Positions 1 through 11,255 of a DNA stretch of 64,000 nucleotides are shown piece after piece. The DNA is from Planctomycetota bacterium (GTDB taxonomy: Bacteria; Planctomycetota; Planctomycetia; Planctomycetales; Planctomycetaceae), in contig JAHZKX010000068.1 of assembly GCA_022600195.1 (NCBI GenBank), forward strand, positions 2,184 to 66,183, given 5' to 3'. Positions within the stretch are counted from its first letter, which is position 1. Each line of letters starts with the position of its first letter. Under the pieces are notes generated by a model, which was not told the DNA's origin, did not search any database, and saw only the letters and a program-made list of their open reading frames with translations. The position numbers were made by a program, and so were the translations under genes.

Positions 1-242
1 TTATTGAGATCCAGATCACCAGTTCATCACCTTCCAATCAGTTAACAGGCATTTTTAATCGAAGCGCCTTATTTCCATAGACGCAGAAGTAGCAAACAAG
101 TCTATGCGAATCCCGAATACCAGCTAAAATAACTCACACGTATTCGAGTACTCATTATTCAACCGCGATCGCTTCTGTAGGCGCTTTCTCCACACTGATA
201 GGCCAGACATCTTGATTTCTTTAAAATGGTTTTACCCCTAAA

Positions 243-1055
243 ATGGATCTCCAGAACTCGACTGATCATCGGCATCCCGTTCAGCCTGTCATCTTACTGG
301 GTGCGAGTAATCTGACACGCGACTTTCCATTGATTCTTCGCTTGCTGAAGAATACGGTTGATTCTCCGTGTGATATTTATACTGCAATGGGGCATGGACG
401 CTCTTATGGGAATTGGAGTCGTCTGCTTTATCGTGCGCTGCCGGGAATATCGAAATGTGAGATTTGGGACGCACTACCTGGGAAAGCCTCTGAGAACCCA
501 CAACCATTGGCAATCATAACGGATATTGGCAATGACCTGATTTATGGTCAGTCCAGCGATGCCATCTTTGGCTGGATTGAATCCTGCATCAAACAATTAC
601 AGGAAATCAATGCACGCATTACTATCACACTGCTGCCGGAAGCAAGTATTTCCAAACTCTCCTCCTTCCGCTTTGAACTGACACGACGACTCTTCTTTCC
701 CAACAATCCCGTTTCTCTCGCAGACCTCAAACTAAGCGTACGATACCTGAATGAACAACTTTCTGAACTTGTAAACCAGAACAAGCAGATTACCATCGTT
801 GAAATTCCCGCTATCAGTTATGGTTTCGATCCCATTCACTATCGATACACACAAAGATCGGCTCTCTGGAAATCGCTGCTTGCAGAATGGGAACTCCCTG
901 AAATCATGAATCAGTCCGCTCGAAATCGCGGGTTGGATTTCATCTACTCCTTTTATTATCTGCAACCGGCAATCAAACGGCAATGGGGCAAAATCTGTCG
1001 CAAGCCACAACCAGCCAGGATTTTAGCGGATGGAACTCGCATTTCAGTTTATTAA
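243..1055 (+). CDS. SGNH/GDSL-like hydrolase family protein
   Basis: Block I-like ILLGASNLT, block III ITDIGND, block V DPIHY. Confidence 0.6.
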   Translation: MDLQNSTDHRHPVQPVILLGASNLTRDFPLILRLLKNTVDSPCDIYTAMGHGRSYGNWSRLLYRALPGISKCEIWDALPGKASENPQPLAIITDIGNDLIYGQSSDAIFGWIESCIKQLQEINARITITLLPEASISKLSSFRFELTRRLFFPNNPVSLADLKLSVRYLNEQLSELVNQNKQITIVEIPAISYGFDPIHYRYTQRSALWKSLLAEWELPEIMNQSARNRGLDFIYSFYYLQPAIKRQWGKICRKPQPARILADGTRISVY

Positions 1056-1303
1056 CCACAATTTCGTCTAAGATACTGCTAGCCTGTGTCCAGGTTGATT
1101 ACAGCGTCTCCAAGGCTATTTGAATCGAGTATCATAGAATAAAAGATGCTATGGCTAAAAAGGGATACCCTCTAGAGCTACTGTTCTCATATTTTTCATG
1201 ACGATTATCACTTTGTGAGTGATATATTGTGAAATACAACGCCTAGAGAAAAGAGATTTCCGATTTGATGTATTTGTGATCATCTTCAGCAGGATTTTAC
1301 AAC

Positions 1304-4300
1304 ATGGACATGGCGATCCTAATATTTTTTATCTGTGTGACGATAATTGCTTCAGTCTGCCATGGCTTGTGGGTACTGGGTTCAGTTCTCTTAAAACTCT
1401 TCTCCAAGAGTGGTTCCTCACCCCAGGAGAGTCCTGCACAATCTGAAAAAGTCAAAGATCAGGACCGTCTGACCGCGCAGCGTTACATCCGGCGGCTCTA
1501 TTACGAGGGGAAAATTCCTGAGAAGGATTTTGTAAATCTACTGAAGTATACCGCAGAAGACCTCGCACCAACATCACCGGAAACCACACTATATCCAGAA
1601 CAGGAACAGCCCCCACTTCAACCTGTATCGGCTTCGAAAAAACAGCCTCACGTCAAAACAGACAAACAGACGGAGGAAGACAATTTAGAAATTGCTGAAT
1701 TCCTGGATGATGATGATTTTCTCGACGCAATACCGCCACCCAATATCCCACAAACTGTAGCTCACAAAACCTTAAATCCGACAGACCATTCAGATCCGCG
1801 GCCAGTAAAAAAACGCCCCTTAGGTTCTCTACTGAATGCATTCATGGAAGAGAAAAACATTCGCTGGGGCGAATTAATCAGTGGACTGCTGATTGTGGGT
1901 AGCGCGATTGGTCTGGTAGTCAGTCTTTGGTCGACACTGAAAAACCAGATTCCCTACCTCCCTGCTCTGCTGTTCCTGTTGGCGACGGCTGCCATTCATG
2001 GCGCTGGCTTGTATACACATAAACGGTGGAAGCTGGAATCAACAAGTCGTGGACTCTTAATGATCACAGTTCTGTTGGTGCCGCTCAACTTTTTGGCTGC
2101 CATCCGACTCTCCGACCATCGCCCGATCACCGATCCGCTATTCCTGCTCGCCATCAGTATTGGCTTTGCGGCGTTTGGATGGATGATTTATTCCGCCAGC
2201 AGAATTCTGGTCAGTTTTGGCCGCTGGCAACTCCTTTCGGTGGTAATGGGGGCGTCAGCAGGACAAATCCTTATATCGCGAGTCGCAATGCAGGAACCCT
2301 CATTTCTGCAAACGAATCTGCTGGCGATATTGCCCGTCGGCTGTTTTATCATCGCGATCTCAGCGATTTTACGACAGACTTTTCAATGGAAAGAATTCTC
2401 GGATTCTCTGGCCCGCGAACTGGTGTCGCTGGGTGGACTTTGCCTCTTTGCAGTCCTGGCTCCTTGCTGGTTATTAATCTGGAGCTCCACCAATCGACTG
2501 GAAACGTTTGCCAACCTGACACCGCTGGTCAGTGTGATGGAAATGCTATTGATGGGAATCGGGCTGGTTTTGCATCACAGAAAAGGCAAGGATGACTCTC
2601 CACACTGGTCATTGGCGGGGTCTTCCATCGCCATCTTCTCTGCCTTAATGATGTTGTCGAATTTCGCCATCGCCTGGCCTCGAGTCGATATCATGATTGT
2701 GCTCGGTATCGTCAATGCTCTCAGTTTGACCTTACTGGCCATCGAAGGTCGTTTTGCCCTGTGTCATATACCAGCCCTGCTCTCGGGGTCATTCGCGGGA
2801 TTGCTCGGTTTTCATGTCATGACAGCTACCATCTCATTACAGGGTACTTCGCAGAGTCTGCTACTCGAATCACTTCTGCTGGGGCGGAGTGCAGTGGTTT
2901 TCACGACCTTCGCAATTCTAACTGCCATCGCAGCGGCCTTTTTAAAACGGGGCACAAAAGAGGAAGCCGCGCGCTATTATCTCTATGCTGCAGGATGTTT
3001 TTCGGTCGTTTCTACTCTGATTGCCATTTATGCAGGATTTGTCACTCAATCAGATCACATCTGGTCGACACTTGCGTTATGTGTCAATACGAGCCTCTGC
3101 CTGATTGCTAACTGGCATATTCGTAAGCAGGTCCTGTCAGCCATTGCATCAGGTCTGGGTTTCCTGACATTGCAACATGCTCTCTGTATAAACTCAAGTT
3201 TTCGATCCTGGTTATCTCAATTCGATCTATTACCGGAGGCACCTTTTATCTGGGGTTGCCTGCTGCATGCAACCGGGAGTCTACTCTTCCTGGCTGGCCT
3301 GCATTACTGGTCTCGCGCCAGAAATCATTCCCACCCGATCTGGTCTATCGTCCCGTTAAAAACAAATCCGTTTACACTACCGCTCGTAAATGGTGCGTTA
3401 ACGACATCTGTGCTGATGGTCCCTTATACTCTCCTGCAGACTATGTCTTCGGAAATGCATGCTTTCTATTCGTTCGCGATTATGCTCCTTTGGCTCTGCA
3501 GTGCACTGATAAAAAAATCAGACTACTGTTTTCTCTTTTCACAATTGGCGGGCACCGTTGGCAGCCTGTATGCAGCAACTGCGATCGGAGAGTTTTATGA
3601 GCTCTGGGAACACTCTGGCAGATCGAATCCGCAATACTGGTTAGTCCACATCTTGGCTGTCGCCATCTGGAACATTCTGGGTTCGGCCGTCCATTCCAAA
3701 AAATATTCCCGGAACATGCTCGGCGCGCTTTCACGAACATCCCGTTTGAATCTGCAACCTGTACTCTTAGCGGGTTCTCTGATCGCGACGGGCCTCGTAC
3801 TCTTTGCATCGATCATCCCAGCTATCGCCGCCGACTTTGAACTTGCTTTCCCGATGCAGAAAGTTCAACACTACGTTGCGCCCGTCATCATCGCATTGTT
3901 TTTATATACACTATCCCTGACAATCGTAACATTGTCAAAAACTCCGAAGCAGAGTCACTGGACTTTAACGAGCTTGATTCTAAGTCTGTCACTTCTGGCA
4001 ATCGGTGCCATTTATCAATTAAACAATATTCCTTTAGCATCGATCGGTTTCTCTGCAGAGTATTCAAAAGAAGCATTTGGAGTCTGGAGCTGGGGTTGCC
4101 TGGCTATTTTGACAATTGCGTGCTTGCCTTATATCAACGGAAAATTTCAGAAAATCACCACGCAAGGCATGCTGTTGATCACCTATCTGATCCCATTCCT
4201 GTTTGCGGGTTACTTTATTGAACAACACCGCACTGCAGATGCATTGCGTTGGGGGCTGGCTGCCTATGCGATTGGTATGATGTTGCTGATTTTGAAATCA

Positions 4301-7300
4301 GATTCAATCATGCAATATTTACGGTCCAAACAAGTTCGACTGCACTATCTGCCCAAACTGTTTGAAGACAAACCGACGTGGCGCAACCTCAGTCTGCTGG
4401 GAGCCAGCCTGCCCATCCTGATACTAACCACCTACCAGATCCTTGGCCAATGGCTGTTAATTATCTCACCGCAACACGAATCACTTTTCTACGAGCTGAC
4501 AGCTTCAGTCTTCACCTTCTGTGTTCCGGTTTCGATGTTGATTCTCGCGTCTGTTTTATATGCGATCCATTTTCGTTCTACAGGCTGGATGATGATCGGC
4601 TCTCATTTTCTCACGGTGACCGTCATTACAGGCTCGATAATCACAATTTCAGAACCTATCAACCTGTTTCATGTGGATGAAGTCATTCGTCTTTCCATCT
4701 ATACCGGACTCTCGTTTGCTTTTTACGGTCTCTTCTGGCTCGCAATCGAACAAAAAATCAATCCCCACTTGCTGGAACACCAAAACTTATCTCCCGCTTT
4801 CTGGCCTTATGTTCGAGTGCATTTCGCGGGTATGCTCTGCCTGATTGTAACCCCCTATTTGCTACCGTTCCTGATGAATTTAAACAATCCCGAACAATTG
4901 GGACTGCCCTTCCCGAAAATTCCGTTTATCAGTTTTCTTTCTATCATCATAGCGTCTTTCTGTGTCAAGCAATTTTCCCGCCGCTATTCCAGTAGCCTTA
5001 CGACAAATGGGTTAACATTTCTGAGCCTTGCTTTCATCGGTTTTATAACCGTCCTGTTCTGGCATTACTCAGAATTACCTGCCTGGCGAACAAATCTGTT
5101 GATGGAAATCGGCCTGGTCATCATTTTAGCGGTACATACATTTCTGTTTCTCCAGGCATTCCGACAAGCGGCGAATGAGAATGAAACACTCACATTCACA
5201 AATCCTAATTTTTACTGGCGTCAGTTGATCAGTATAATCTTGATTGCATTTGCGTTAAGGGGAGGCTGGGCAGACCCCTTACAACCCACACCACCGTTCA
5301 TGATTACAACGGTATTAACTACCATGTATTTCACAATGGGATTCTGGCTGCGTAAACAAAACATCGCGTATCTTTCATTAGCCACTGCATTATTGGGAAC
5401 CACTTTCGTCATCACGGGCGACTGGTTTGACGCCCGATTTCACTTTGACGCAAACTTCCCCATCACAGCACAAAACTGGATGGAGCTTCTCAAGTGGCTC
5501 ATTACCACGGCTGCTGGTATCTCGGCCTGCTGGTTGACCATCGATCTTTATCATCAAAAACGCACAACACTCAACAAAGCAACAAATGCAGAACCCGCAT
5601 TCCAGCAGATCTTAGCCAGAATTCTTACCAGCGTCGTTTTGTTTTATACGCTGCTGATCACGGTTTCGCGAACGATGCTGGTATCCACGGACGTCCCCGT
5701 AATACGAGATCTGGCTGGCTGGATGACATTACTCTCGGTCACACTCTTGCTGATCGGGTTACTCTGGGATCAGAAAAGCCGTTTTTGTCTACCGGCTCTG
5801 TTCGCGATGGGCATCTGTGCCATTGCCACATACCTCAGCGATGAAACAAAGCTGCGTTTACTGGCACAACATTCGGGGTTGGCCATGTCTTGTTATGCCT
5901 GTCTGTTGGGTGGGATCTGGAGCTTACGAGGTTTACTGACACAAAGTGCGATCAAATTTGAACTTCCCAACCAGGAACTTCTTCGAAAGCAAACATTAAG
6001 CTGGTTACCTAATGCTGTTACATTACTCTCGGTTTATTCCATGCTCGCGTTATTGCATAGCGTGCTTCGTTTTGAAGATCAGTCTCTGCGCTGGTACTCC
6101 GTCATGGGAACCATGATCACAGGCCCCGCTTTATACGCTTTAAGCGGTCATCATGATCTCTCTCAGACCTTTAAGAAACGTGCTCTGCTGGCAGGGGGCG
6201 TGGGCTGTGTCTATTTTGGCTGGGCATTACTCCCCGTTCATGGGAACTTCTACTGGCTCGATCATCTGATTCGATTACTGGAGGTCGTTTCTATTTTGAG
6301 TCTCGTGACCACTCTGATTCTGATCAAATGGCCGTCTCTCCATACGGACTGGTCTGGCGCATTACGAAAAAGTTCACGAACTTTTTTGATTACCTCTGGT
6401 ATTTCACTGCTGACAATTCTGCTTTCAGAAACTGGATTCATACTATACGGTACTCCTTTGGTGATTTCCAAAGCTCGGATTGCCGTTGTCTCTGGTGCAT
6501 TGGCGGCCCTGTCTGCCGCCTTGATTCTGATGGCAGCCGTTCCCAAATACGACCCGTTTCAATTCTCTTTAAAAAGACGGATGCTGTATGTTTATGCGGC
6601 TGAAATCGTGTTGGCTCTACTGTTTCTGCATATCTATCTCACGATGCCGGAACTATTCCGTGGCTATCTACTGCCTTACTGGCCTTACATTGTGATTGCT
6701 ATCGCCTTTATCGGTGCCGGGGTGGGAGAATTCTTCGAGCGAATTGGCTTAAATGTACTGTCCCAACCACTGCAAAGAACGGGCGCATTTTTGCCTCTCT
6801 TGCCAGCACTTAGTTTCTGGATTCATGCTGCTTCCCGCCAGGATTCTCCTGTGGTGGGCGATTACTCGATGATCCTGCTACTGATTGGCATCGTGTATGT
6901 TGTGATGAGCTTATGGAGAAAATCGTTTGTCTATACCTCGCTGGCTGCCTTAGCCGGCAATGGTGCGCTATGGGCTTTCTGGATGGAACAAGGACAGGTT
7001 TTTACTCAACACCCGCAACTCTGGTTGATTCCCCCTGCACTTTCGGTGCTCATCGCCACTCACTTGAATCGGAACAAACTCAACCCCACCCAGATCACAG
7101 CCATTCGCTATTTTTCAACCATCACAATTTATGTCAGTTCTACCGGCGACATGTTCATTGCCGGCGTTGCCAATAGCTTATGGCTGCCAGTAATTCTATG
7201 CAGTCTCTCCGTGACGGGCATCCTATTGGGAATGATACTTCGCGTTCGCGCGTTTCTTTATGTCGGGTCTTCTTTTCTGACTCTCTCGATTGTCAGCATG

Positions 7301-7456
7301 ATCTGGCACGCTTCCCAGTCCCTCGGCCATATCTGGCCATGGTGGGCTTTTGGAATCGGTCTGGGAATCTGTATTCTGGTCCTGTTTGGTATGTTTGAGA
7401 AGCGCAAAAACGAAATGCTGGAGCTTGTCGGGAAACTCAAATCATGGGACCGCTGA
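1304..7456 (+). CDS. Giant polytopic membrane protein (2050 aa), DUF2339/SCO7613-C-terminal-like
   Basis: Uninterrupted 6.15-kb ORF. N-terminal TM helix, charged soluble segment (LEIAEFLDDDDFLD), then dozens of hydrophobic segments, ending in RVRAFLYVG...WWAFGIGLG...FEKRKNEM. Confidence 0.8.
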   Translation: MDMAILIFFICVTIIASVCHGLWVLGSVLLKLFSKSGSSPQESPAQSEKVKDQDRLTAQRYIRRLYYEGKIPEKDFVNLLKYTAEDLAPTSPETTLYPEQEQPPLQPVSASKKQPHVKTDKQTEEDNLEIAEFLDDDDFLDAIPPPNIPQTVAHKTLNPTDHSDPRPVKKRPLGSLLNAFMEEKNIRWGELISGLLIVGSAIGLVVSLWSTLKNQIPYLPALLFLLATAAIHGAGLYTHKRWKLESTSRGLLMITVLLVPLNFLAAIRLSDHRPITDPLFLLAISIGFAAFGWMIYSASRILVSFGRWQLLSVVMGASAGQILISRVAMQEPSFLQTNLLAILPVGCFIIAISAILRQTFQWKEFSDSLARELVSLGGLCLFAVLAPCWLLIWSSTNRLETFANLTPLVSVMEMLLMGIGLVLHHRKGKDDSPHWSLAGSSIAIFSALMMLSNFAIAWPRVDIMIVLGIVNALSLTLLAIEGRFALCHIPALLSGSFAGLLGFHVMTATISLQGTSQSLLLESLLLGRSAVVFTTFAILTAIAAAFLKRGTKEEAARYYLYAAGCFSVVSTLIAIYAGFVTQSDHIWSTLALCVNTSLCLIANWHIRKQVLSAIASGLGFLTLQHALCINSSFRSWLSQFDLLPEAPFIWGCLLHATGSLLFLAGLHYWSRARNHSHPIWSIVPLKTNPFTLPLVNGALTTSVLMVPYTLLQTMSSEMHAFYSFAIMLLWLCSALIKKSDYCFLFSQLAGTVGSLYAATAIGEFYELWEHSGRSNPQYWLVHILAVAIWNILGSAVHSKKYSRNMLGALSRTSRLNLQPVLLAGSLIATGLVLFASIIPAIAADFELAFPMQKVQHYVAPVIIALFLYTLSLTIVTLSKTPKQSHWTLTSLILSLSLLAIGAIYQLNNIPLASIGFSAEYSKEAFGVWSWGCLAILTIACLPYINGKFQKITTQGMLLITYLIPFLFAGYFIEQHRTADALRWGLAAYAIGMMLLILKSDSIMQYLRSKQVRLHYLPKLFEDKPTWRNLSLLGASLPILILTTYQILGQWLLIISPQHESLFYELTASVFTFCVPVSMLILASVLYAIHFRSTGWMMIGSHFLTVTVITGSIITISEPINLFHVDEVIRLSIYTGLSFAFYGLFWLAIEQKINPHLLEHQNLSPAFWPYVRVHFAGMLCLIVTPYLLPFLMNLNNPEQLGLPFPKIPFISFLSIIIASFCVKQFSRRYSSSLTTNGLTFLSLAFIGFITVLFWHYSELPAWRTNLLMEIGLVIILAVHTFLFLQAFRQAANENETLTFTNPNFYWRQLISIILIAFALRGGWADPLQPTPPFMITTVLTTMYFTMGFWLRKQNIAYLSLATALLGTTFVITGDWFDARFHFDANFPITAQNWMELLKWLITTAAGISACWLTIDLYHQKRTTLNKATNAEPAFQQILARILTSVVLFYTLLITVSRTMLVSTDVPVIRDLAGWMTLLSVTLLLIGLLWDQKSRFCLPALFAMGICAIATYLSDETKLRLLAQHSGLAMSCYACLLGGIWSLRGLLTQSAIKFELPNQELLRKQTLSWLPNAVTLLSVYSMLALLHSVLRFEDQSLRWYSVMGTMITGPALYALSGHHDLSQTFKKRALLAGGVGCVYFGWALLPVHGNFYWLDHLIRLLEVVSILSLVTTLILIKWPSLHTDWSGALRKSSRTFLITSGISLLTILLSETGFILYGTPLVISKARIAVVSGALAALSAALILMAAVPKYDPFQFSLKRRMLYVYAAEIVLALLFLHIYLTMPELFRGYLLPYWPYIVIAIAFIGAGVGEFFERIGLNVLSQPLQRTGAFLPLLPALSFWIHAASRQDSPVVGDYSMILLLIGIVYVVMSLWRKSFVYTSLAALAGNGALWAFWMEQGQVFTQHPQLWLIPPALSVLIATHLNRNKLNPTQITAIRYFSTITIYVSSTGDMFIAGVANSLWLPVILCSLSVTGILLGMILRVRAFLYVGSSFLTLSIVSMIWHASQSLGHIWPWWAFGIGLGICILVLFGMFEKRKNEMLELVGKLKSWDR

Positions 7457-7509
7457 CTTAACCCGTCTGGACTGAAACATCAAATACGAATCAAAACAAC
7501 ATCACCCGC

Positions 7510-9333
7510 TTACTCGGAAGATGTATCTCTGTGATTTCGTTTGCGTTGGTTCTCCGTCAGATAGATTTTTCGCATTCGGATGATCTTGGGTGTGATTTCT
7601 ACATATTCATCATACTCAATGTATTCCAAAGCGGATTCAAGACTCATATCTCGCGGTGGTTTCAGAACCATATTTTCGTCTGATCCGGAGGCACGGACGT
7701 TAGTCAATTTTTTGCCACGGATCGGATTGACCACCAGATCATTGTTGCGAGCATTTTCTCCGATAATCATACCTTCGTAAACATCCGCGCCCGGCCCGAC
7801 AAAGAATTCCGCCCGGTCACGCAGTTTCCACAAAGCATAGCCCACAGCCTGACCATTATCCTGTGAAACCAGAACACCATTCGCACGTCGGGGTACTTCC
7901 CCTTCACTGAGCTTATACGCTTCAAAACGGTGATTGATAATGGCCTCTCCCTTAGTTGCGTTCAGCAACCGCGTTCTCAGACCTATCAGTCCACGTGCGG
8001 GAATCGAAAATTTCAGGTGAGACATTCCGGTCTCGCCTGAGGTCATATCGATCATCTGACCACGGCGGGCACAGACCAGTTCCATGACAGACCCGACGAC
8101 TTCAGAAGGGGCATCGACTTCTAATGATTCAAATGGCTCATGCCACTTACCATCAATTTTCTTGCGAATCACTTCGGGTTTACCAACGGAAAGCTCATAT
8201 CCTTCCCGACGCATCTGTTCGATCAAAACGGAAAGATGTAAGATGCCGCGCCCGGAAACGGAAAACGAATCCTTATCCTCCCGTTCGGTGACACGTAAGG
8301 CCACATTCGATTCCAATTCGCGCATCAGCCGTTCACGCAGATTACGACTGGTAACATATTTACCATCCTGCCCCGCCAGTGGAGAACTGTTAATCGTAAA
8401 TAACATCGATAATGTCGGTTCATCCACATCAATGCGAACGAGCGCTTCTGGTTTTTCTGCACAGGCAACAGTGTCACCAATTTCCGGATTATCCAGACCG
8501 ACGAGCGCCACGATATCACCGGCAGATGCCACCTCGACAGGAGCCCTTCCCAGATTATTGTATAATTCAACCGAATCGATCGTGCACTTCACATGATCTC
8601 CGTTGCGTTTGATAACCGTCACACGTTCTCCGGAATGAACTTTTCCACTACTGATGCGACCTGTTGCCACGCGGCCGACATACTCGGACCATTCCAACGT
8701 TGTGACCATCATTGTCAGTGGTGCATCCTGATTCACATCCGGCGCAGGTACATTTTCCAGCACCATGTCTAAGAGCGGATGAATGCTGTTGCCAAAGTTG
8801 TCGAGATCATGCGTAGCAAAACCTTCGCGGGCACTGGCATAGATATAAGGGAAATCGAGTGTTTCATCATCCGCTTCGAGATCGACAAACAAATCAAACA
8901 TTTCGCTGAGTACATGATCGGGACGACAATCAGCACGGTCAATCTTGTTGATGACGACCAGAGGTTTCAGATGACATTCCAATGCTTTCTTCAAAACAAA
9001 GCGAGTCTGTGGTCGTGGACCTTCGAAGGCGTCTACCAGAATTAAGACCCCATCGGCCATTCTCAAAACACGTTCTACTTCACCACCGAAGTCGGCGTGC
9101 CCTGGCGTATCGATGATGTTGATTTTCACACCTTGATATATCAAAGCAATGTTTTTGGCCAAAATGGTAATACCACGTTCCCGTTCCAGATCATTTGAAT
9201 CCAGAATACAGTCACCCTTTAATTGAGCATCCCGAAAATGACCACTCTGATGGAGTAAGGCATCAACCAGAGTCGTCTTCCCATGATCCACGTGCGCAAT
9301 AATCGCAATGTTCCGCACATCTTCTCGCTTCAT
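7510..9333 (-). CDS. typA: Translational GTPase TypA/BipA
   Basis: [48 protein letters not shown]-like C terminus (DEYVEITP). ATG at 9333 preferred over TTG at 9342. Confidence 0.97.
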   Translation of the reverse strand: MKREDVRNIAIIAHVDHGKTTLVDALLHQSGHFRDAQLKGDCILDSNDLERERGITILAKNIALIYQGVKINIIDTPGHADFGGEVERVLRMADGVLILVDAFEGPRPQTRFVLKKALECHLKPLVVINKIDRADCRPDHVLSEMFDLFVDLEADDETLDFPYIYASAREGFATHDLDNFGNSIHPLLDMVLENVPAPDVNQDAPLTMMVTTLEWSEYVGRVATGRISSGKVHSGERVTVIKRNGDHVKCTIDSVELYNNLGRAPVEVASAGDIVALVGLDNPEIGDTVACAEKPEALVRIDVDEPTLSMLFTINSSPLAGQDGKYVTSRNLRERLMRELESNVALRVTEREDKDSFSVSGRGILHLSVLIEQMRREGYELSVGKPEVIRKKIDGKWHEPFESLEVDAPSEVVGSVMELVCARRGQMIDMTSGETGMSHLKFSIPARGLIGLRTRLLNATKGEAIINHRFEAYKLSEGEVPRRANGVLVSQDNGQAVGYALWKLRDRAEFFVGPGADVYEGMIIGENARNNDLVVNPIRGKKLTNVRASGSDENMVLKPPRDMSLESALEYIEYDEYVEITPKIIRMRKIYLTENQRKRNHRDTSSE

Positions 9334-9620
9334 AACTCTCAACTCTTCCCACTATGATTCTCTTGACAAACCATCTTGATATTCAAACGTTCCCTACAGG
9401 GAACAGAGGGCCTCATCAAAAAACCGCTTCTCTACGAATCAGGCAACTATATAAGGGGCGAAATATATCAACAATAGATTAACACAGCAAAGCCCAGAAA
9501 TAGACATTCTTACTGGTAGTTCGGACCGGTATTAGCGATACTTTGAACATTCTTACGTCAAAACTTCATAATCTGAGAGATCTCAGTGTCAATTCAAGCA
9601 TTTTAAGGGGTCACTTTCGC

Positions 9621-11225
9621 ATGAGACTGCTTCGCCTGGACAGCTGCCTTTCTTTCTTACTTTTGACTTTCGCCCCCCTTTTATCGGCAATCGCTCAGGA
9701 ATCTCAACAGCTCGATCTGATCCTCAAAGAAGCCACCATCATTGATGGGACTGGAAAGCCTGGATTCATCGGCGACATCGCCATACGAAACGAGCGTATC
9801 GTTTCAATTGGCCCGAATATGACTCAACCTGCAAACCAGATCATTCAGTGCCGCGGATTGACAATTGCTCCTGGATTTATTGATTTACACAACCACAGTG
9901 ATCGGCAGATCGTTTCCGCCCTGACACGCTCCAATATGAACTTTGTCACTCAGGGTTGCACAACCATTGTCACTGGAAATTGTGGAAGTGGTCCAGTCGA
10001 TACAGGACAATACTATCGTAAGATAGAGGCTTCGGGAAGCGGAACGAATGTGATGCACCTGATCCCTCAAGGTTCTCTGCGTGATCAGGTGATGGGATCA
10101 GGCCAGAGAGAGCCAACGCCTGAAGAACTGAAAACGATGAAACAACTGGCTCTCAAAGCCATGCAGGATGGTGCCTGGGGGATGTCAACCGGCCTAATCT
10201 ATGTTCCCAGTTCTTATGCAAAGACCGAAGAAATCATCGAACTGGCAAAAATCGTGTCTCAGCATCAGGGGATCTACGCCAGTCATATCCGCAATGAAAG
10301 TACAGAATTACTCTCAGCCGTCAATGAAGCTCTAAAAATTGGCCAACAGGCGAAGTTGCCCGTTCATATCTCTCACTTCAAATCCAGTGGCCAGGATGCC
10401 TGGGGGTTGGTCATCAGAGCTGCTCAGATGATTGATACAGCACGCAAACAAGGTCAAAAAGTCACAGCCGACCAGTACCCGTATATTGCTTCCAGTACAT
10501 CACTGGGGGCTACGTTAATACCAGCCTGGGCCAGAGCGGGAGGAAACAAGAAATTAGTCAAGCGTCTGGAAGCGCCTGAAACTTCTCAAAAAATCATCAA
10601 CATTATGAAAAAGAATATTAAAAAGCGAGAAGGAGGCAAAGCAGTACGAATTGCCCGCTATTCAGATAAACCCAACTGGGTGGGTAAAAATTTACAGCAA
10701 ATTGCTGAGGAAGAAAATAAAAGTGTGCTGGAGATCGCATTGGAGATCACGCGCAAAGGAGGGGCTTCCATTGTGAATTTCAGTATGAATGAAGAGGATG
10801 TCCGCCAGATTATGAAAATCGACTGGGTAGCGACGGCATCGGATGGACGGGCCTACCTGCCTGGTTCTGATCGTCCGCATCCCCGCAATTATGGTACGTT
10901 CCCCCGGAAGCTGGGATATTATGCCCTTCAGGAAAAAGTCATACCACTGGAACACGCTGTTCGTAGCGCGACAGGTCTCCCCGCTGATATTCTCGGGCTG
11001 AAAGACAGAGGCTATCTTCGCCCGGGCGCGTATGCGGATATCGTTGTTTTTGATCCAAAACAACTCATCGATCAGGCAACGTTTGATAATCCGCATCAAT
11101 ATTCAAAAGGGGTCCGTTATCTATTTGTTAACGGAAAACCGGCAATCAGTGCGGGATCTCCGACCGGCAGTCTGGCGGGTAAAGCCTTACGGCATTCAGC
11201 GCTCGACCCAACCTCAGACAACTAA
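9621..11225 (+). CDS. N-acyl-D-amino-acid deacylase (amidohydrolase family) with signal peptide
   Basis: PGFIDLHNHSD, HIRNE, HISHFKS, ASDG, HPRNYGTFPR. Probable start ATG 9621 (track start is 9543). Confidence 0.88.
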   Translation: MRLLRLDSCLSFLLLTFAPLLSAIAQESQQLDLILKEATIIDGTGKPGFIGDIAIRNERIVSIGPNMTQPANQIIQCRGLTIAPGFIDLHNHSDRQIVSALTRSNMNFVTQGCTTIVTGNCGSGPVDTGQYYRKIEASGSGTNVMHLIPQGSLRDQVMGSGQREPTPEELKTMKQLALKAMQDGAWGMSTGLIYVPSSYAKTEEIIELAKIVSQHQGIYASHIRNESTELLSAVNEALKIGQQAKLPVHISHFKSSGQDAWGLVIRAAQMIDTARKQGQKVTADQYPYIASSTSLGATLIPAWARAGGNKKLVKRLEAPETSQKIINIMKKNIKKREGGKAVRIARYSDKPNWVGKNLQQIAEEENKSVLEIALEITRKGGASIVNFSMNEEDVRQIMKIDWVATASDGRAYLPGSDRPHPRNYGTFPRKLGYYALQEKVIPLEHAVRSATGLPADILGLKDRGYLRPGAYADIVVFDPKQLIDQATFDNPHQYSKGVRYLFVNGKPAISAGSPTGSLAGKALRHSALDPTSDN

Positions 11226-11255
11226 AAATCCTTAACGGTTTAAGAAAGCTCCTCT

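Noticed and set aside
243-7456. Functional link between the SGNH hydrolase and the giant membrane protein (O-acylation-type system)
   Set aside because: There is a 248-bp gap and no MBOAT or acyltransferase-3 motif was recognised in the large protein.
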